64,000 nt of DNA from NCBI GenBank assembly GCA_965116475.1, contig OZ220691.1, positions 448,001-512,000 of the forward strand. Reading direction: 5' to 3'. Below, piece after piece: positions 9,561 to 19,974 of this stretch. The notes below the pieces were generated by a model, which searched no databases, was not told where the DNA came from, and worked only from the letters and a program-made list of their open reading frames with translations. The position numbers and the translations under genes are program-made. This stretch comes from Gemmatimonadota bacterium (GTDB lineage: Bacteria > Gemmatimonadota > Gemmatimonadetes > Palauibacterales > Palauibacteraceae). How positions within the stretch are numbered: position 1 is the stretch's first letter; the number at the start of each line of letters is the position of its first letter.

Positions 9561-12500
9561 GCCCTTGTCTCGATCCAGTGGCGTCTGCGCTGGAACGGAT
9601 AGCCGGGCAGCGCGATCCGGCGCCTCGTCTCACCCGCGAACAGCCCCGCGAAGGAGATGGGAAGCCCGGCCTCGTACGCCGTCGCCACCGCGGCCGCGAA
9701 CGGTTCCTCCGCGCGTCCATCGGAGTCCGGCCAGTCGCGAAGCGCCATCGGGCCCGCGGACGAAGCCGTGCCGATGTCCATGACGAGGTCCACACCGAGT
9801 TCCGCAAGCGCCGCGGATGTACGGTCCGGATCCTCCTGCGCGCGCGCCTGTTCGCGCCAGTACGCTCCGTCCGGCACGCCGGCGGGATCCATCCTGTGGC
9901 CCGTCACCAGGCTGACGAGGGCCACGGCGGGCGGGGAAAACTCCATCCCCTGCGCCGCGGCTTCCAGGTCGTCGAGCGGATCGTGCGCGGATTCGCCCGC
10001 CTCCCCGTCGGGCACGGCGGCCGCCAGGCGCTGTTTCGGTCGGGCCATGGCGGCGCCCCTCGCCGCGGCGAGCCGCAGCCCGTCCGCCAGGCTGAAGACA
10101 CCGGCCGCCCAGCCCGCCGCCAGCTCGCCGACGCCGTGGCCCGCCACCGCGCCGGGGCGGATGCCCACGCTTGCCCACAGCGCCGCGAGCGCGCAACCGA
10201 GAGCGTACGCGGCCGGCTGCGCCCACTCGGGGTCCCGCAACGTGCCCTGCCCTCCCGCGCGACCGTACAGCACCGCGAGGAGCGATGCACCGTCGCGTTC
10301 TTCCCGCAGCACCGCGTCGCAGCGATCGAGGATGGCACGGACGACCGGCTCCCGGTCGTACAGATCCTGGCTCGGTCCGTCCTGGACGCTCGCTTCGCCG
10401 GCGAAGACGAAGGCCACCTTCGGAGCGGTGCCCGGTCCGGCGTCGCGGCGCCACTCGTCGTCGACCGCCCGCTCGGCGAGAGCGCCAAGTTCATCACGCA
10501 GCGACGTCGCGTCCTGGAACGGGAGGCCCGCGCGGTGGGCCAGGTGAGTCCGGCCGACACCCGCCGTCCACGCCACGTCCGCGAGCACCGAGGGGTCGGT
10601 GCCCCCCTCTGCGCCCCCCTCCTCCACTGTCTCGCTGCCGTGGCCCTCCAGCCACTCGAGGTACAGCCGCGCCAGGTCGCGCAACGCCCCGGGCGATTTC
10701 GCCGAGAGAGGCAGGAGGCGAGTCTCCCGGGGAGCGACGGAAGCGGCGACCGGCGGCGATCCCTCCGACTCGGGCACGAGAACTGGAACCGTGACCGCCG
10801 GGCCCGCGGGCATCCGGGCGCCGTTCAGCATCGAAGCGCGGTCCGGCCCGTCGTTCCCCTCGACGACGACGTGCGCGTTCGTCCCCGAAATCCCGAACGA
10901 ACTCACCCCCGCCCGGGGAGGTCGGTCGCCGTTCGGTGGCCACGCCACAGCCTCGTCCGTAACCCGCACCGGGAGGTCCTCCCAGGCCAGGTGGGGGTTC
11001 GGCTTGCGGAAGTGCAGCTGCTTCGGGATCCGCCCCTCGTTCAGGGCGAGGACGGCCTTGATCAGGCTCGCGATCCCGGCCGCGCATTCGAGGTGGCCAA
11101 TGTTCGTCTTCACCGAACCGATGAGGAGCGGCCGCTCCTCGTCGCGTTCCCGGCCGTACACGGCCGCGGCCGCCTGCACCTCGATCGGGTCGCCGAGATC
11201 GGATCCCACTCCGTTCGCTTCGAGGTAGTCCACCGACGCCGGCGGGACGCCCGCCTGCGCGAGCGCCTTCTCGATCACGCGTTCCTGGGCCGGCCCGTTC
11301 GGGACCGTGAGCCCCGCGCTGGTCCCGTTTTGGTTGACGGCGGAGCCGCGGATCACGCCCCAGATCCGGTCGCCGTCGGCCTTCGCGTCGGCGAGCCGCT
11401 TGAGGACGACCATACCGCAGCCCTCTCCGCGCACGAACCCATCCGCCGCCGCATCGAAACTGTGGCAGCGTCCGCTCGCCGAGAGCAGCCCGACCTCCTT
11501 CATGAAGGTGGCCGTCTCGGGCCACAGGATCGCGTTGACGCCGCCGACGAGGGCCAGTTCCACTTCGCCCTGCCGGACCGCGGCGGCGGCCTGGTGGACG
11601 GCCACAAGCGAGGAAGCGCACGCCATGTCGAGCGGGACCGCGGGACCGGTGAGACCGAGCGCGAAGGAGATCCGGCCCGCCGTCACGCTCATCGTCGTCC
11701 CCAGGTATCCGTGTCCGTGGCCCATGGCCGCGGCGAGATCCCGGTAGTCTCCCGTGGTGACTCCGGCGTAGACCCCGGTGTTCGTGCCCTTGAGTGGCGC
11801 GGGATCCAGGCCCGCATCCTCCAGCGCGTGCCACGTGGTCTCGAGCAGGAGGCGCTGGCGGGGGTCCATCATGCGCGCCTCGATCGGAGTGATCCCGAAG
11901 AAGCGCGCGTCGAACTTGTCGATGTCCTCCAGAAAGGCGCCGCGGCGCGCATCGTCATCCTCCGAGGCGGGATCTCCGGCCACGCCGTTCCAGGGGCCCG
12001 CGTCCCGGCGCCCGTCCGTGACCGCATCCGTCCCGGCTTCGAGTTGGCGCCAGAAGGCGGCGAGGTCCGGCGCGCCGGGGAAGCGGCACGCCATGCCCAC
12101 GATCGCCACACCATCGTCCATCACGCCGACGTCCGGGTCACGCTCCGATATCTGAACCCGGCCCTCGGGCGCGGGCTCCAGCACGGGCTCCGTGGCCGGC
12201 GCCTCGCCCCCATCCCCGAGCTCCTCGGCGAGGTGCGTGGCGAGTTCCGCGATGTTGGGATAGTCGAACACGAGCGTGTTCGGCGCCGTGTACGTTCCGG
12301 AGAACGCTCGGTTCAGCCGGTTGCGCAACTCCACGGCCATCAGCGAGTCCATCCCGAGGTCGAAGAACCCCACGGTGGGGGCCGGTGCCGACGACAGGCG
12401 CAACACGGCCTGGACCTCCCCCTGCACGAACGACACCAGGAGGTCCTCGCGTTCCGCCGCCAGCGTCCCCCGAAGCCGGGTGAGGACATCCTCGGAGGAG

Positions 12501-15500
12501 GCGTCGTCGCCCGCGCGGGCCTCGGACGCGGCGGAGAGCAGATCCTCGAGCATGGGCGGAGGATCCTCGACGGCCTCCTCGAACACATCCCAGTCCATCG
12601 ACATGACGACGGAGGTCGTCGCGTCCTGTCGCACGAGCCGGTCGAAGGCTCGCATGCCCTGCTGCGGCGTGAACCAGCGGCCCCCGAGGGCCGACCGCTG
12701 CCGGTCGATCCGGTCGCGCTGCTCCGCCGCCTCGCCGATGTCCGACCAGGCGCCCCAGGCGATGGCCTGCCCCGGGAGCCCCAGCGCGCGGCGGTGGCCG
12801 GCGAGCTGGTCGAGGAAGGCGTTGGCCGAGGCGTGGTTCGTCTGGCCCGGATTGCCCATGACGCCGACCCGGCTCGAGAAGAGCGTGAAGAAGTCCAGAT
12901 CGCGGTCCATCGTCGCGCGGTGCAGGTGCCAGGCGCCGAGGACCTTGGGCCACAGCACCCTCTCGAACCGCTCCCAGCTCTGGTTGGGGAGCGCGCCGTC
13001 CGACAGCACGCCCACGCTGTGGATCACGCCTCCGAGCGGCGGCAGATCGCGCTCGATGCGCGCCAGCATGCCATCGATGGCCCCCTGGTCCGTCATGTCG
13101 GCCAGTTCGACCCGGACCGTCGCGCCGCGCTGCCGGAGCGCCCGAATGGCTTCTTCGGCTTCGGGGTCCGGATCCCGGCGCCCGTTCAGCACGATCGCCC
13201 CGGCGCCCCGCGCGGCGAGCCACTCGGCCACCGCGATCCCGATCCCGCCCAGGCCGCCCGTCACCAGGTAGCTCCGGTCTCCGCGCAGCCCGCCCCGCAC
13301 GAGGGGAGGCGTCGTCACGACGATCTTCCCCAGGTGGCGGGCCGAGCGCATGAACGACAGCGCGGCGCCCGCTTCGGCCAGCGGCCATCGGCTGTGGATG
13401 ATGGGCTCGAGTTCTCCGGCCGCGAGACGGGCCATCAGGCCCCGCAGCACCCGCCCCACCCATGCCGGGTCCGTCTTCTTGAGCACGTCCAGTTCGAGGA
13501 TCCAGTAGCCCACGTCCGGACGCACGGCCGCCATCTCCGTTTCGGTGAGGATGTCGCGCCGCGCCATCTCGACGAAGCGTCCCCCCTGCCGGAGACAGGC
13601 GAGGCTCGCATCGATGAAGCCCTCGCTCGTGAGGCTGTTCAGGACCACGTCCACGCCCTCGCCGTCCGTCGCCTCGAGGATCTCATCTCCGAAGTCGGTC
13701 GTGCGGCTGTCGAACACGTGCTCGACGCCCAGCGAGCGCAGATACGCCTGTTTGGGGGCGCTGGCCGTTGCGAAGACCTCTGCGCCGGCCGCCTGCACGA
13801 GCTGGATCGCGGCCAGCCCGACGCCGCCCGCGCCGGCGTGCACGAGCACCCGCTCCCCGGCTTCCAGCCCGGACAGTTCGAAGGACAGCGCCGCCGACAC
13901 GAACGCGCTCGGCACCGTCGCGAGTCCGCTCACGGAGAAGTCCGGCGGCGCGGGGGCGACGAGTTCCTCGTGGGTGATCATCTGCGGCCCGAAGGCGCCG
14001 AATCCAAGCCCCACGATGTGATCGCCGACCGACACGGAAGAGACGTCGGAGCCCGTCTCGAGGATGCGGCCGCTCATCTCCCGTCCGAGCAGACCCTCCT
14101 CGATGAAGCCGAGCGACCGGAATACATCCCAGAAGTTCAGGCCGGAGGCCTCGACCGCGACGCGGACTTCCTGCGGCTCGAGCGGACGCGCCGGCAGGGG
14201 CTGCACGTGCGGCCGGTCGAACACGCCCCCCGGGTCCGGCGCCAGCACCCATTCCGTCTCTTCCGGGAACTCCAGGCGCTCCGCGCCGGAGCCCATCCTC
14301 ACGAGGCGCGCCACCCGACGGCTCCCCCGTCGGTAGGCGATGTGGTTCTCGGGATCCGGGTAGAGGAGTTCGTTCACGAGGTCCGGTTCCGGCGCCATCG
14401 AGCCGGGGTCGAGATCGAGCATCCGCGTCTGCAGGTGCGCCGCTTCCCGGGCCACGCCCTTGCCGAAGCCCCACACGGCGGCGCCGGCGAGTTCCCCACC
14501 CCGCTCGCGCTCGAGGATCTGGCCCCCCCGGGTGATGAACCACACGCCCTTCTCGGGGGTCAGATCCGAGTCGCCCACGCCCTGCACGAGCGCGAGCGCG
14601 CTCGCCACCGCGCCCTCGACGTCCTTCGCCATTTCATCGGTCGTGGCGCGCTCCCCGTGGCCATCCAGCGCCGCGAGATGCACGGCGCCGTGGAACGGAA
14701 CCTCCTCGGGCAGGCTCTCGATCAGCGACCGCCACGTCTCGCGGTTGCCGGTGTCCCGGGCGTCCCCGGCGTCCCCGGTGTTCGCGAGGACGACGGTCTG
14801 GTTCCGCGATCTCATCTCGGCGGCCAGCCTCTCCGCCACGCCGCCCTCGTCCGCCGCGACAACCCAGGCGCCCGCCGGCTCCGTCACCGTCGCCGGGCCC
14901 TGCGCCACGATCACGCCCTTGTCGAGTTTCATGTCGGGGTCCGACTCGTCGACGCCGAGGACTTCCACGGCCTCGAAGCCCGCGTCGCCGAGGGCCCGCC
15001 GCCATACGGGGGGACCGGCGAGCGCGTGGTGCGGACGGTAGTCGTCGGCGAAGCGCCACCAGCCGTCGAGCTGCCCGAACGTGAGGTCCATCCAGCCCAG
15101 GCCGGTGAGGTTCTCGAGCGCGACCAGTTGCCCGGACGGCGCCATGAGGTCCCGGCAGTGTCCGAGCGTTTCCTCCAGGTATCGCGTCGCGTGCAGCACG
15201 TTCGAGGCGATCATGAGGTCGTAGCCGTGGGCGTCGAAGCCCTGGGCGATGGGTTCCTTCTCGATGTCGAGCGGACGGTATTCGATGCACCCGCCGCCGT
15301 CGCCGAAGCGCGCCTCGGCCTCCGCGAAGAAGCCGGCGGAGATGTCGGTGTACACGTAGTCGAACCGCCCCTGCGGAAGCTCGGGCAGGACGGACGCGGT
15401 CGCCGACCCGGTTCCCGCGCCGACCTCGATCACCCGCAGCCGACGGCCATCGGGGAGCGAGGCCACCAGCGCCCGCACGGCCTCCGCCAGCATCTCGTTC

Positions 15501-18500
15501 GCCGCGCGCGCGACCGGGGCCTTCAGATACAGGTCGGCCGCCGTCGGCTCCCCGCTGCTGAACAGGAGCGTGAGGGGATCCGCCTCGCCGCGGAGCGCGT
15601 CGGCCAGCGCCTCGCCGGAGCGCCGGAAGAGGCCGACCTCCGTGAGCCCGTGGGCGTAGCGGCCGGCCATCCCGGTCGCGAACTCGTCGAGATCCCGAGG
15701 CAGCTGCTCCGGCAACGGGTCGTCCGGCCCTGCGAGGATGCGAAAGCCGTCGGCCGTCTCTTCCGCCACGCCGGACCAGGCGAGCATCTCGAACATGCGG
15801 CGGAAGAGGCGCCCGTGTTCCGGGAGCACGTCCAGCTCCTGCCGGAGTTGCTCCGGGTCTACCGTCTCCTCCGCCGTTCTCCGCCAGCCCAGTTCCTCGA
15901 GGGTCGCCAGGGCGCGGGCGTGCGACCAGCGCTCGAGATCGGCCAGCATGGCGTTTCGATCATCCGGATCGACGCCCGCGTCCTTCAGGTAGCCGCCGAA
16001 CGACTGCGCGCCCTCCGCGACGGCGGCGGGGCTCGGGAAGAAGTCCGCGGGAGCGACGCCCAACGGGAGTTCGCGCTCGCGCCATACGACCTCGTACAGC
16101 AGGTCCTTGATCCCCTCGACCGCCGAGAGGAGCGCCTGTCGCGTGGCCCGCTTCACCGTGTAGCCGCTCAGCCGGCCCAGCGGCGCGCCGTCAGGATCGT
16201 AGATGCGCAGTTCGCCGCTCAGCACCTCCGCGGGCTCGCCCCCTTCGGCTTCAGCTTCGCGCGATGCCTCGCTCAGGCGCACGTGGCACACCACCCGGTC
16301 GGGCAGCGGTCCGGCCAGCCACAGCCGCTCCCAGCCAAACGGGAGGTAGGTGGCGCCGCCCTCCGTTCCCGACACGTTGCGGGCCACGCCCACGGCCTGG
16401 AAGCAGCCGTCCAGAACGAGCGGATGCACGTCGAGGCCGTGGCCGGCCATCGCCTCCGGCAGCGACACCTCTGCCACCGCCTCTCCGGGACCGGACCAGG
16501 CTCTCCCCAGCGTGCGGAAGGACGGTCCGAGATCGACCCCCGTGTTCGCGCGGTGGCGGTAGTAGTCCGCCACCTCCACGGGTGAGAGATCGGCCTTCAG
16601 GCTCTCGATGTCGACGCGGTCGCTGTCTTCAGGGTCGGACACGCCGGCCGCCAGGCGGCCTTCCACGTGCACCGTCCACACGCCCTCGCGCCCACGGCTG
16701 TAGATCTGAACGGCGCGCGGCGCCGCCGGGTCCGGAGCATCGAGCACGACCTGCAGCGTCCGCCCCTCCGCACCCGTTTCGTCCCCACCCTCGTCCTCGT
16801 CCTCATCGAAGACGAGCGGGTTGTGCAACTGCATCTCCTCCACGACGACCGCTCCGCCCTCCTCGAGGAGAGAGGCCGCGATCGTCATGGCCCCGTACAG
16901 GGCGCCGGGCGCCACGACGCGGCCGAACACCCGGTGGTCGTCCATCCAGGAGGGATCCGCGGGGAACACGTCCGTCTCGAAGGCGATCTCTCCGCGGGCG
17001 GACTCGTGACGGGCGCCCAGCAGCGGGTGACCGGCGCTTCCACGACGGCGTTTCGGCGGCGCGAGCCAGTGGCGGACGCGCTGGAACGGATAGCTGGGAA
17101 GCGAGATGCGCCTCCGCGTCTCCCCGGCGAAGAGCCCGGCGAAGCGAATCGGAAGGCCCGCCTCGTACGCCGCGGCGACCGCCCCGACAAAACCGTCCAC
17201 GTCTTCGGAATCGGACGTATCGGGCGCACGTGGCGCATCGACTGGCGGCGCGGCGAGGCTCGACAGGACCGCCGGGGCCGGCGCCTGCGGCGATTCCGGC
17301 CAGGCGGAGGCCGCCATCGGGGCCAGCAGCGACCGGGGACCGACCTCCAGCACCAGGTCGACGCCGAGGTCCGCCAACGTCTCGACGCCCTGGGCAAAGG
17401 CCACCGGCTCACGCGCGTGTCGCCTCCAGTAGGCCCCGTCCAGCAACTGTCCGGCTTCCACGGCCCGGCCCGTGAGGTTGCTGACGACGGTGAGGGCCGG
17501 AGGTTCGATCGCGATCCCGTCGAGCGACGCCGCGAGTTCGTCCAGGATGGGATCGACGAGGGCGCTGTGGAACGCCCGCTTCGTGTTCAGACGCCGCACC
17601 CGGACACCGTCCGCCTCGAATCGCTTCGAGACGGCCTCGATGTCCGCGGCGGGCCCGCTGACCACCTGGTGACTCCCGTTGTAGCCCGAGATACTCAGCC
17701 CGGCGCCGGACGAGGCCGCGTTCACGGTCTCGACCGCCGACGCCACCGGCTCCGGCGGCGCGAACACCGCCGCCATGCCGCCGTCCTCCATGCGCGACAT
17801 CAGCGCCCCGCGGGCGGCGGCGAAACGCATCCCGTCCTCGAGGGAGAGGACGCCCGCCGCCTGCGACGCGGCGAGTTCGCCGATACTGTGCCCGATCACG
17901 ACGTCGGGGCGGACACCGAGGCTCGCCCACAGCGCCGTCAGCGCGCATTCCAGCGCGTAGAGCGCCGGCTGCTCCCACGCCGTGTCCCCGAGGTCCCCGG
18001 TTCCTCCGGGCCGGCCGAACATGACGTCGAGCAGCGAGGCGCCTCTCTCCTCGATGAAGGCCGCCTCGCAGCGGTCCAGAACGGCCCGCGCCACCGGCTC
18101 GCTCTCGTGGAGCGCCTCTCCCATGCCGGCCCATTGGCTCCCCTGCCCCGTGTAAGCGAAAGCCACCCGGGCCGGAGCCGCGGCCGCCGTCGCCGCCGCC
18201 GTCCCCGCTTGCGCGTCCCCGCCCGCCTCGGCCAGCGCGAGAAGTCGCTCCCGCAGCGACGCCGCGTCCCCGAAGACGACGCCCGCGCGGTGGTCGAAAT
18301 GGGCCCGTCCCACTCCCGCCGTCCACGCCATGTCCGAGAGGAGCGGACCGGAGGCGAGGTCCCCGGACGGAGATCCCCCGGCATGCTCATCCAGCCACGA
18401 CACGTACCGCCCGGCGAGGTCGCGGAGCGCGCCGTCCGATTTGCCCGACAGCGGAAGCAGGCGCGTCGCGCGCGGCTCGACGCCCTCCGGAACCGGCACA

Positions 18501-19918
18501 TCCGCCACCGTCGCCGGCATCGAAGCCGCCACCGGCAGCCCGGCGCCCGCCGCCCAGGCCCCGTCGGCCGGGGCTGCGTCGGGGGCTGCATCCGGGGCGC
18601 GGTATTCCTCCATCACGAGATGGGCGTTCGTCCCGGAGATCCCGAACGAGTTGACCCCCGCGCGTCGCGGGCCCTCCGTACGGCGCGGCCACTCCACCAT
18701 CGACGAGGTCACCCGCAGCGGGAGACGATCCCAGTCGAGGCTCGGGTTGGGATCGTGGAAATGGAGGTGCTTCGGGATCACGCCCCGGTGCAGGACCAGC
18801 GCCGCCTTGATCACGCCCGCCACGCCCGCGGCCGATTCCAGGTGCCCGATGTTCGTCTTCACCGAGCCCATGAGAAGGGGATGGTCGGCGTCCCGTCCCT
18901 TCCCGTAGACCGCGACCACCGCGTTGGCCTCGATCGGGTCGCCCACCGTGGTGCCCGTCCCGTGGGCCTCCAGGTAGTCGACCTCCAGCGGAGAGACGCC
19001 CGCGTCCGCGAGCGCGGTCTGCATCACCTCTTCCAGCGCCGGCGTGTGCGGCACCGTGAGCCCCGTGCTGGCCCCGCCGTGGTTCACCGCCGAGCCGCGA
19101 ATCACGGCCCAGATCCGGTCGCCGTCCGCCGCCGCCTCGCTGAGCCGCTTGAGGACGACGACCCCGCAGCCCTCGCCCCGCACGTATCCGTTGGCCGACG
19201 CGTCGAAGGTCTTACACTGCCCGTCTGGCGACAGCATCATCGCGTCTGCGCGGAGTTCGTAGATGCGCCCGTTGAGGATCGCCTGCACGCCGCCCGCGAT
19301 CGCGAGGTCCGCCCTGCCCTGCTGCAGGTCCGCCACCGCGTCGTGCACCGAGACCATGGAGGACGCGCACGCGGCGTCGACCGCCTTCGCCGGCCCCCGA
19401 AGCCCGAGCACGAAGGAGACCCGGCCGCTCGTGCCGTTCAGATTCGTGCCGCTGAGCGCGTAGAGACAGCTGGCGGGTTCGGCGGGCTTGCTCGAATCGA
19501 CGACAAGCATCCGGTACTCGTCGTTGCTGATCCCCGTGTAGACGCCGGTGAGCGTCTCCCTCAGTCCATCGGGATCGATCCCCGCGTCCTCGAGCGCCTC
19601 CCAGGTCGTCTCGAGCATCATGCGCTGCTGCGGATCCAGCAGCTCCGCCTCGACCGGCGAGATCCGGAAGAAGGCGTCGTCGAACAGGTCGATGTCGTCC
19701 ACGAAGGCGCCGAAACGGCAGCCGTCGCTCGTGACGGCGTTGTCCCCGAAGATCTGGCCCCAGCGTCCTGCGCCGGAACCCGGGACCCCCTCCTGGACGG
19801 AGTTCCCGCCCTCCTCCAGCAAGCGCCAGAACGCCGGAATGCTCGACGCGCCGGGAAACCGGCACGCCATGCCGATGATGGCGACCGGCTCTGAGCGCCG
19901 CCCGTTTCGATCTGCCAT
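9557..19918 (-). CDS. supA: Type I polyketide synthase, SupA-like: KS-AT-DH-cMT-ER-KR-ACP-KS0-AT0 (~3453 aa)
   Basis: KS1 DAACASS/HGTGT/GHLE; AT1 GHSIG, RAFHS; DH HRVFGRVVAP, LDGCFQ; MT EVGAGTG, NVLHAT; ER HAGAGGVG; KR TGGLGGIG; ACP GMDSL; KS2 DMACASS/NGVGS; AT2 GHGVG. ATG 19918 follows an AAGGGGA RBS. Confidence 0.93.
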   Translation of the reverse strand: MADRNGRRSEPVAIIGMACRFPGASSIPAFWRLLEEGGNSVQEGVPGSGAGRWGQIFGDNAVTSDGCRFGAFVDDIDLFDDAFFRISPVEAELLDPQQRMMLETTWEALEDAGIDPDGLRETLTGVYTGISNDEYRMLVVDSSKPAEPASCLYALSGTNLNGTSGRVSFVLGLRGPAKAVDAACASSMVSVHDAVADLQQGRADLAIAGGVQAILNGRIYELRADAMMLSPDGQCKTFDASANGYVRGEGCGVVVLKRLSEAAADGDRIWAVIRGSAVNHGGASTGLTVPHTPALEEVMQTALADAGVSPLEVDYLEAHGTGTTVGDPIEANAVVAVYGKGRDADHPLLMGSVKTNIGHLESAAGVAGVIKAALVLHRGVIPKHLHFHDPNPSLDWDRLPLRVTSSMVEWPRRTEGPRRAGVNSFGISGTNAHLVMEEYRAPDAAPDAAPADGAWAAGAGLPVAASMPATVADVPVPEGVEPRATRLLPLSGKSDGALRDLAGRYVSWLDEHAGGSPSGDLASGPLLSDMAWTAGVGRAHFDHRAGVVFGDAASLRERLLALAEAGGDAQAGTAAATAAAAPARVAFAYTGQGSQWAGMGEALHESEPVARAVLDRCEAAFIEERGASLLDVMFGRPGGTGDLGDTAWEQPALYALECALTALWASLGVRPDVVIGHSIGELAASQAAGVLSLEDGMRFAAARGALMSRMEDGGMAAVFAPPEPVASAVETVNAASSGAGLSISGYNGSHQVVSGPAADIEAVSKRFEADGVRVRRLNTKRAFHSALVDPILDELAASLDGIAIEPPALTVVSNLTGRAVEAGQLLDGAYWRRHAREPVAFAQGVETLADLGVDLVLEVGPRSLLAPMAASAWPESPQAPAPAVLSSLAAPPVDAPRAPDTSDSEDVDGFVGAVAAAYEAGLPIRFAGLFAGETRRRISLPSYPFQRVRHWLAPPKRRRGSAGHPLLGARHESARGEIAFETDVFPADPSWMDDHRVFGRVVAPGALYGAMTIAASLLEEGGAVVVEEMQLHNPLVFDEDEDEGGDETGAEGRTLQVVLDAPDPAAPRAVQIYSRGREGVWTVHVEGRLAAGVSDPEDSDRVDIESLKADLSPVEVADYYRHRANTGVDLGPSFRTLGRAWSGPGEAVAEVSLPEAMAGHGLDVHPLVLDGCFQAVGVARNVSGTEGGATYLPFGWERLWLAGPLPDRVVCHVRLSEASREAEAEGGEPAEVLSGELRIYDPDGAPLGRLSGYTVKRATRQALLSAVEGIKDLLYEVVWRERELPLGVAPADFFPSPAAVAEGAQSFGGYLKDAGVDPDDRNAMLADLERWSHARALATLEELGWRRTAEETVDPEQLRQELDVLPEHGRLFRRMFEMLAWSGVAEETADGFRILAGPDDPLPEQLPRDLDEFATGMAGRYAHGLTEVGLFRRSGEALADALRGEADPLTLLFSSGEPTAADLYLKAPVARAANEMLAEAVRALVASLPDGRRLRVIEVGAGTGSATASVLPELPQGRFDYVYTDISAGFFAEAEARFGDGGGCIEYRPLDIEKEPIAQGFDAHGYDLMIASNVLHATRYLEETLGHCRDLMAPSGQLVALENLTGLGWMDLTFGQLDGWWRFADDYRPHHALAGPPVWRRALGDAGFEAVEVLGVDESDPDMKLDKGVIVAQGPATVTEPAGAWVVAADEGGVAERLAAEMRSRNQTVVLANTGDAGDARDTGNRETWRSLIESLPEEVPFHGAVHLAALDGHGERATTDEMAKDVEGAVASALALVQGVGDSDLTPEKGVWFITRGGQILERERGGELAGAAVWGFGKGVAREAAHLQTRMLDLDPGSMAPEPDLVNELLYPDPENHIAYRRGSRRVARLVRMGSGAERLEFPEETEWVLAPDPGGVFDRPHVQPLPARPLEPQEVRVAVEASGLNFWDVFRSLGFIEEGLLGREMSGRILETGSDVSSVSVGDHIVGLGFGAFGPQMITHEELVAPAPPDFSVSGLATVPSAFVSAALSFELSGLEAGERVLVHAGAGGVGLAAIQLVQAAGAEVFATASAPKQAYLRSLGVEHVFDSRTTDFGDEILEATDGEGVDVVLNSLTSEGFIDASLACLRQGGRFVEMARRDILTETEMAAVRPDVGYWILELDVLKKTDPAWVGRVLRGLMARLAAGELEPIIHSRWPLAEAGAALSFMRSARHLGKIVVTTPPLVRGGLRGDRSYLVTGGLGGIGIAVAEWLAARGAGAIVLNGRRDPDPEAEEAIRALRQRGATVRVELADMTDQGAIDGMLARIERDLPPLGGVIHSVGVLSDGALPNQSWERFERVLWPKVLGAWHLHRATMDRDLDFFTLFSSRVGVMGNPGQTNHASANAFLDQLAGHRRALGLPGQAIAWGAWSDIGEAAEQRDRIDRQRSALGGRWFTPQQGMRAFDRLVRQDATTSVVMSMDWDVFEEAVEDPPPMLEDLLSAASEARAGDDASSEDVLTRLRGTLAAEREDLLVSFVQGEVQAVLRLSSAPAPTVGFFDLGMDSLMAVELRNRLNRAFSGTYTAPNTLVFDYPNIAELATHLAEELGDGGEAPATEPVLEPAPEGRVQISERDPDVGVMDDGVAIVGMACRFPGAPDLAAFWRQLEAGTDAVTDGRRDAGPWNGVAGDPASEDDDARRGAFLEDIDKFDARFFGITPIEARMMDPRQRLLLETTWHALEDAGLDPAPLKGTNTGVYAGVTTGDYRDLAAAMGHGHGYLGTTMSVTAGRISFALGLTGPAVPLDMACASSLVAVHQAAAAVRQGEVELALVGGVNAILWPETATFMKEVGLLSASGRCHSFDAAADGFVRGEGCGMVVLKRLADAKADGDRIWGVIRGSAVNQNGTSAGLTVPNGPAQERVIEKALAQAGVPPASVDYLEANGVGSDLGDPIEVQAAAAVYGRERDEERPLLIGSVKTNIGHLECAAGIASLIKAVLALNEGRIPKQLHFRKPNPHLAWEDLPVRVTDEAVAWPPNGDRPPRAGVSSFGISGTNAHVVVEGNDGPDRASMLNGARMPAGPAVTVPVLVPESEGSPPVAASVAPRETRLLPLSAKSPGALRDLARLYLEWLEGHGSETVEEGGAEGGTDPSVLADVAWTAGVGRTHLAHRAGLPFQDATSLRDELGALAERAVDDEWRRDAGPGTAPKVAFVFAGEASVQDGPSQDLYDREPVVRAILDRCDAVLREERDGASLLAVLYGRAGGQGTLRDPEWAQPAAYALGCALAALWASVGIRPGAVAGHGVGELAAGWAAGVFSLADGLRLAAARGAAMARPKQRLAAAVPDGEAGESAHDPLDDLEAAAQGMEFSPPAVALVSLVTGHRMDPAGVPDGAYWREQARAQEDPDRTSAALAELGVDLVMDIGTASSAGPMALRDWPDSDGRAEEPFAAAVATAYEAGLPISFAGLFAGETRRRIALPGYPFQRRRHWIETRA

Positions 19919-19974
19919 TGGTTTATGGTCCCCTTGCCGGCCGGCTTCCCCGCACCGGACATTTGTTCGGCCGC

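Noticed and set aside
9578..19894. Very long plus-strand ORFs (9578-16585, 2335 aa; 16667-19894, 1075 aa) antisense to the PKS
   Set aside because: Shadow frames caused by high-GC codon bias; Arg/Gly/His-rich with no recognisable motifs, while the minus strand has a complete PKS.
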